A model generated the notes under the pieces. That model saw nothing but the letters and a program-made list of their open reading frames with translations, was not told the DNA's origin and made no database searches. From IMG/VR virus record IMGVR_UViG_2898074128_000002: a DNA stretch of 64,000 nt, one strand, 5' to 3'. The DNA comes from an uncultured virus (IMG/VR IMGVR_UViG_2898074128_000002). Its lineage: Duplodnaviria; Heunggongvirae; Uroviricota; Caudoviricetes. Below are positions 58,862 through 64,000 of the stretch, piece after piece. Made by a program: the position numbers and the translations under genes. The first letter of the stretch is position 1; every line of letters starts with the position of its first letter.

Positions 58862-59419
58862 ATGGATACAAGAGAGGTGTTACGACCATTTAAAAGACAG
58901 CGATTAGGGTTTGAAGGGGTACTGATCGACATATTTGAACCGAACAAACGAAACGGGTTCAGCTACGGGCTCGTATTTGCGAGCGTATATGCTCCAAATG
59001 AAAGAATTGAGCTGGACCACGTAGTTATCCAGATGAGCGTGGCAGATTTCAAGAGGGCTCAATTAACCCTTTATACGCGTTATTATTTCACAGCGTCCAT
59101 CGAATCGTACTACAAAGTGACAGACATTCTTGGGATTACAGCCAGACGAGAAAGTTTCATGCTCCAAAACATCAGTTTGCACAAGCTGCGGGAATTGCCT
59201 GAATCTCAGCTTGCGCAGCCAACCGCATATGTCATGAAACGAATCAATAACATCATGCTCTGCAAGGCCGGACCGCGACATACCGAAGAGGAACTGATTG
59301 ATACGGTGTGCAGAACCGCAAATGACGGGTCGGTCGAACAATTTATAAATGAATATACAGAAAGTTATCAGCAGGTCATCGTAAGTAAACGTGACGTCGA
59401 AGACGCCCTGTACGCCTAA
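58862..59419 (+). CDS. Hypothetical protein
   Basis: RBS AGGAGG. Confidence 0.7.
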   Translation: MDTREVLRPFKRQRLGFEGVLIDIFEPNKRNGFSYGLVFASVYAPNERIELDHVVIQMSVADFKRAQLTLYTRYYFTASIESYYKVTDILGITARRESFMLQNISLHKLRELPESQLAQPTAYVMKRINNIMLCKAGPRHTEEELIDTVCRTANDGSVEQFINEYTESYQQVIVSKRDVEDALYA

Positions 59420-59518
59420 ACCCTAAAAGCACGGCCCGCCTGGTCGGTCCGCAATCAAATCTGGGAAGAAATCGCTGAATGACCAGGCGGTACAAAATGA
59501 AAAGAGGAGTGTTGAAAA

Positions 59519-61486
59519 ATGGAAAAGACAACAAATATCAAAATGGGGAAACACGACACGCTGCGCATGGCATCGATTCATGATTTCGGAAAGAACGATC
59601 AAAATGGTAATGGCTCTGGTACTGGTGCCGGCGCAGGTTCAAGTGCCGTTGTAAGTGTTACGCAGGCCCCGTCTAAATCAAACGGGCAAGGACAAGATGA
59701 CGGGGAGATAGACCTTCTCGTCAATTACAACGAACTTGCTAAAAAAGGGCACTTCTCCGAGGCCTTATTTCGTGATGCCCAAATTATGCAGGTGTTAAGC
59801 GTGCTCGCTTCCAAAAAGAAGCCGAATGCCATTTTAACAGGGGATTCCGGTGTTGGTAAAACGCAAATCGTAGAGGAAATCGCCCGCAGGCTCGTCAATG
59901 ACGACCCGATCGTAAACAGCATGTTAAAAGGGATTACCCTGTATGAGCTTCCGCTAGGGAAAATCGTGAGTGGTTCTAGTTTTGTAGGACAGCTGGAAGA
60001 GAAAATCTATCAAGTCATCGACTTCGCACAAAACCCGAAGAACAAAGCAATTATCTTTATCGATGAGATCCACCAGATTATGGGATCGGAATCGAACCCG
60101 ACGTACAATAAGCTCGCTCAGATTTTAAAACCGGCCCTTGGCAGAGGACACCTGCGCGTCATCGGAGCAACAACCACCCAGGAAGCCGTCACATTCCTTA
60201 GTGACCCGGCATTCTCGCGCCGTTGGTCAGATGTACAAGTTCCTGAATTGAGTCCGGAACAGACGGCTGAGATCGTCCTGAACATCCGGGACGCCTTCCA
60301 AAAGCACCATAATGTGATCCTGCCGGACAACGTGATTGAGCATGCAGTCGCTATTGGAGATGAATTCAAGCAATACGGCTCCCACCGACCAGACTCCACG
60401 ATTACGCTGATCGATAAAGCGATGGCAGACGCCCGCATCAAGCGCGTCAAGCTCAAAGAAGAGGCGAAAGTTAATCCTCATCTGCAGCACATCATCGCAG
60501 CGCAGCCCCGCCCTATCGTTGGTGTGAAACAGCTCAAACAATCGGCGCTTTCTCTATTAACCGGAGACGAGAAAATGTTCGAACAAAACGCGGATCTGCT
60601 TGAAAATGCGCTTGATGACCGGATCATCGGGCAGGAAACGGCGAAAACAGCCGTCATAGATGCGGTTAAACGTCTCGGTCTTCGCCTGACAAAACGGAAA
60701 CGTCCTGTGAGTTTCTTATTTGCCGGACCCTCCGGAACCGGGAAAACGGAAATCGCCAAGCAAATTACCGAGGCGGTCTTCGGCTCCAAAGAACGCATGG
60801 TCTATATCAACATGAGTGAATTCTCGAATCCAGCATCCATGACACGAATCATCGGTTCCTCTGCTGGGTATGTTGGCAGTGACTCCAAACAGGAGCTTCC
60901 GTTTGACACACTGGAGAACAATCCGTATCAGGTCGTATTACTGGATGAATTCGAAAAGGCGCACACGGAGGTCCAGCGCTTCTTCATGCAGGCTCTCGAT
61001 GAAGGGGTTGTGAAGACGAACCGCAACAAGGAGATCGACTTCTCCCGTACGATTATTATCGCTACGACAAACGCCGGCGTGATTGACATGTCTAAGCGTT
61101 CCCTGGGATTTGTTCAGGAGGAAGCGCCAAAACGATCGAACGAGGACATTATTCGCATTCTGCAATCGTCGTTTGATACAGAGCTCTTGAACCGTTTTGA
61201 GAAACTGATCGCCTTCACGCCAATACAAAAAGAAGACTACACGAAGATCCTTGCCGTGAAGTATAACCAGTTGATTGAAGAAGCTCAGGCAAACCGCAAA
61301 GACCTGCTGTTTGCACCAAGCCATATCGATATCGATCAGGCAGTTTCAAACGATAAGTTGTGTGAGCTGGCAGAACAGTCTTATACACCGGCCTCTAACG
61401 GTCGTCCGGCTGAGAGGACGATCCGGGAATACATCGAGAACACCATTCTCGATAACCCGAACGCTACGCAGTTCGACCTTTTGTAA
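59519..61486 (+). CDS. ClpA/ClpB-like double AAA+ ATPase lacking the N-terminal Clp-repeat domain
   Basis: GDSGVGKT/FIDEIHQ/IGATT and GPSGTGKT/LLDEFEKAH; GSSAGYVG pore loop. Confidence 0.9.
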   Translation: MEKTTNIKMGKHDTLRMASIHDFGKNDQNGNGSGTGAGAGSSAVVSVTQAPSKSNGQGQDDGEIDLLVNYNELAKKGHFSEALFRDAQIMQVLSVLASKKKPNAILTGDSGVGKTQIVEEIARRLVNDDPIVNSMLKGITLYELPLGKIVSGSSFVGQLEEKIYQVIDFAQNPKNKAIIFIDEIHQIMGSESNPTYNKLAQILKPALGRGHLRVIGATTTQEAVTFLSDPAFSRRWSDVQVPELSPEQTAEIVLNIRDAFQKHHNVILPDNVIEHAVAIGDEFKQYGSHRPDSTITLIDKAMADARIKRVKLKEEAKVNPHLQHIIAAQPRPIVGVKQLKQSALSLLTGDEKMFEQNADLLENALDDRIIGQETAKTAVIDAVKRLGLRLTKRKRPVSFLFAGPSGTGKTEIAKQITEAVFGSKERMVYINMSEFSNPASMTRIIGSSAGYVGSDSKQELPFDTLENNPYQVVLLDEFEKAHTEVQRFFMQALDEGVVKTNRNKEIDFSRTIIIATTNAGVIDMSKRSLGFVQEEAPKRSNEDIIRILQSSFDTELLNRFEKLIAFTPIQKEDYTKILAVKYNQLIEEAQANRKDLLFAPSHIDIDQAVSNDKLCELAEQSYTPASNGRPAERTIREYIENTILDNPNATQFDLL

Positions 61487-61622
61487 AACTTAAAAAACTG
61501 TCTTCTGACGAGAGCTAAAAAGCGTTATCAGAAGGCACACGGCCATGTGTACCCAATTGTCGTACACATGGCCAATTAATTATATAGAATCAAAAATCCA
61601 TTGAATGAAAGAGGGTATAAGC

Positions 61623-64000
61623 ATGCCAATTACAATCGATACGTCTTCTGATAATCTGAATGAACAGATCACTCAAGTGAACAACACGATCGCTTTGAAC
61701 AAACAAGTAGACGCCAAATATTTCTCGAAAAACATGACCGGAAACGGCAAACGTAAAACCGGGCTATTCTCCGTAGATAACGACACAATCAATACGTTCA
61801 TCAAAGAGAGTCGCCGGCTTTTAGACCGCGTTAACCTAAACGAAGCCGCTCACAAGAATCTGGAACGCCACAGCCAGCAAACGTTCGGTAACTTCTTTCA
61901 TCAGAGCACGAAAGAAAAAGACCAGGAGTTCAAGAAATTTGAAAACAACCTGACCTCTATGATTCCACCGGTCATGCTTCTCCCGATTTTATCGTCAGCA
62001 TCTCCTGCGGCACTATCTTTCCCAAAAGATATCGGGATGTATAATCTTAATGCGCTGGAGACGATCTGGACAAAAGTGACCAACGGTACCATCGACGGAA
62101 AACCCGCGACGACTTATGCACGACCAGTCGTACAATCTATGAGACTGTATTCCAGGGAGAAAAAACACCAATCAAAATCCGGCCATGTTTCTACGGAATC
62201 CCAAGTTACCGGACAGCCGGACATCTATGTGCTGTTTGCAACGGTGCTTGACGATATGGATAAAGACGGAGACATGATTTTTGCGAACTCCCGCATCAAT
62301 GGCGGACGCCGTGTTACGGAAAACCAAGGGGTTGTCACGCTCGCAAGTCTGGAAGAGAAATCCAGAACCGAGTACGACTACAACAAATTAAACGAGCAGC
62401 TGGATAACCACCTGATCGAAGTTATCGGCAACACACAGGTGAACATCCCGGGAATTACAGCTCATCAGCTGTCTCTTACGATTGGTGACGAATCCATGAG
62501 TGACCTGCTCGAATCGCAGGCGACAACGATCACACACCAGGCCGAGGAAACTCTGCTAAAATTCGTTGAGGTATTCAGCGCACGCATGAAGGAACTCAAA
62601 GCGAAGAATTACCACTATCCGAGCGCACAAAAACATCTTGATAATGCGCTTATCACGTTCGTTCAGCATATTGATTTACTGAATGATATAGAGGATAACC
62701 TGATTACAACCGACCTCCTGGCGTCGATCTATCAGAAGCTGAAAGAGAACCTGGGTGACCAGCGCACGATTAATGACATCGCACGCCACAGTCTGCGCCT
62801 CTTATTGTCTCAGCGACTGCACGAACTGGAGGAGATCCGTGACAACGATGGGCTGTATCGCTTTGAGCCGAACGACCAGATCGTTAACCAGGCTATGCAA
62901 CAAAACCCGAACTATTCGATGCAGCAAAAGCGCATCGTTACCACGACTGATCCGCTTGTTATCGGTCAGGCAGGTGCCGGTTCCGGGAAATCCCATACAC
63001 TTATCGGACGAATCAACTTCCTGAAAGACCAGGGTGAAGATTTGAGCAAAGTGCTGGTATTAAGTTTTACAAACGTCGCCGCTATTAACATCAACAACCG
63101 TTTTCCAGGAGTACGCTCCGAGACGCTTGCGAATATGTTTCATACGATTTATTCCGCGACGCATCCTGCACAAAAACTGTCTCAGCCGTCTACCGTGGCT
63201 AACTCGATCCGCCTCTTGAACCCAGCAAGCCAGTATTTCCAGGACATGGGCCTTGACGCAGATGAACTACGAGAATTTATCGAAGATTTCGCCATGAGGC
63301 TTGAGCAGTTCGACCAGACAGGATTTAAGCGTGTGAACCTGCAGCAAGAATTAAAACGCCTGTCTAACCTTATCGAAGGAAATCTTGATATGTGCAGCTA
63401 TGTCTTAAACGCTGTGGAACAGACGACGCTGGAGCTGGAACCGATCATCATTCACCATAAGCTCCTTCACGGCGGAGACGACCTGAACATTCCGGACGCT
63501 TACCAGAACCTGAATTATATTATTACGGATGAATCACAGGACATCTCGACATTTGAGTACATCCTGCTGTTAGAGTTGACGCTTCACTATCGCTCCCAGC
63601 TGTTGATTATCGGTGACGGTTCCCAGACATTGTACGAGTTCCGTAACTCCGATCCACGTTATATGAACGCACTGGAAGCATCGAACGTGTTTACCAGCCA
63701 CAAACTGGAGACGAATTACCGTTCTAACGAAGAAATTCTAATGTATGCTAACCAGTTCCTGCAGGTCATTGACGCAAATAAATACGCAGGTATTCAACTT
63801 AAATCTTCTAACTTCAGCTCTCCAACGGAACAGTCCGTGAAAGATGCCATCACGATCGGCGATAATGAAATCTCTGGCGGTACGCTGAAGGACTACACGG
63901 AAGGCCTGAAAGAGTATTTACAAAACGACAAGCAGTTCGAGAAATGGTTTATCGACCGCGTCAAAAAGGGCGAACAGGTTGCTATTATGGGCTGGACGAG
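61623..64000 (+). CDS. UvrD/PcrA-like SF1 helicase with long N-terminal extension (runs off window end; absent from ORF track)
   Basis: In-frame GQAGAGSGKS, VLSFTNVAA, ITDESQD, IIGDGSQTLYEFR, LETNYRS; RBS AAAGAGGG. Confidence 0.88.
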   Translation, partial: MPITIDTSSDNLNEQITQVNNTIALNKQVDAKYFSKNMTGNGKRKTGLFSVDNDTINTFIKESRRLLDRVNLNEAAHKNLERHSQQTFGNFFHQSTKEKDQEFKKFENNLTSMIPPVMLLPILSSASPAALSFPKDIGMYNLNALETIWTKVTNGTIDGKPATTYARPVVQSMRLYSREKKHQSKSGHVSTESQVTGQPDIYVLFATVLDDMDKDGDMIFANSRINGGRRVTENQGVVTLASLEEKSRTEYDYNKLNEQLDNHLIEVIGNTQVNIPGITAHQLSLTIGDESMSDLLESQATTITHQAEETLLKFVEVFSARMKELKAKNYHYPSAQKHLDNALITFVQHIDLLNDIEDNLITTDLLASIYQKLKENLGDQRTINDIARHSLRLLLSQRLHELEEIRDNDGLYRFEPNDQIVNQAMQQNPNYSMQQKRIVTTTDPLVIGQAGAGSGKSHTLIGRINFLKDQGEDLSKVLVLSFTNVAAININNRFPGVRSETLANMFHTIYSATHPAQKLSQPSTVANSIRLLNPASQYFQDMGLDADELREFIEDFAMRLEQFDQTGFKRVNLQQELKRLSNLIEGNLDMCSYVLNAVEQTTLELEPIIIHHKLLHGGDDLNIPDAYQNLNYIITDESQDISTFEYILLLELTLHYRSQLLIIGDGSQTLYEFRNSDPRYMNALEASNVFTSHKLETNYRSNEEILMYANQFLQVIDANKYAGIQLKSSNFSSPTEQSVKDAITIGDNEISGGTLKDYTEGLKEYLQNDKQFEKWFIDRVKKGEQVAIMGWT

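Overview
This window looks like part of a large mobile element (megaplasmid, phage-plasmid or giant prophage) from a Bacillota/Bacillaceae-like host, judged from GGAGG-type RBSs, YopX, YhaM and MazEF. Most genes lie on the + strand. It carries its own replication and repair machinery: an iteron-like GGAAC repeat region, a D5/SF3 helicase, a B-family-like DNA polymerase, a separate Prim-Pol, an SSB-like protein, RecJ-like DHH, RarA, VRR-NUC, SNF2, and a UvrD-like helicase cut off by the right edge. It also has a MoxR-AAA/vWA/Clp cluster, tRNA-Trp, likely counter-defence enzymes (macrodomain, NADAR, SLOG, HD hydrolase) and dozens of small accessory ORFs. No integrase, capsid, tail or conjugation genes were recognised. 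Three features stand out. (1) A retron-type reverse transcriptase (34764-35753) has no adjacent msr-msd, but a ~1.4 kb largely non-coding, densely structured region lies upstream, including a GC-rich, GATC-dense ~350-nt rod-like fold. (2) Small AT-rich genes are bracketed by a recurrent pair of degenerate, roughly inverted motifs that form attC-like hairpins at gene junctions, suggesting an integron-like cassette system. (3) Two families of dispersed operator-like motifs are present. All assignments come from reading motifs by eye; no database search or folding program was run.
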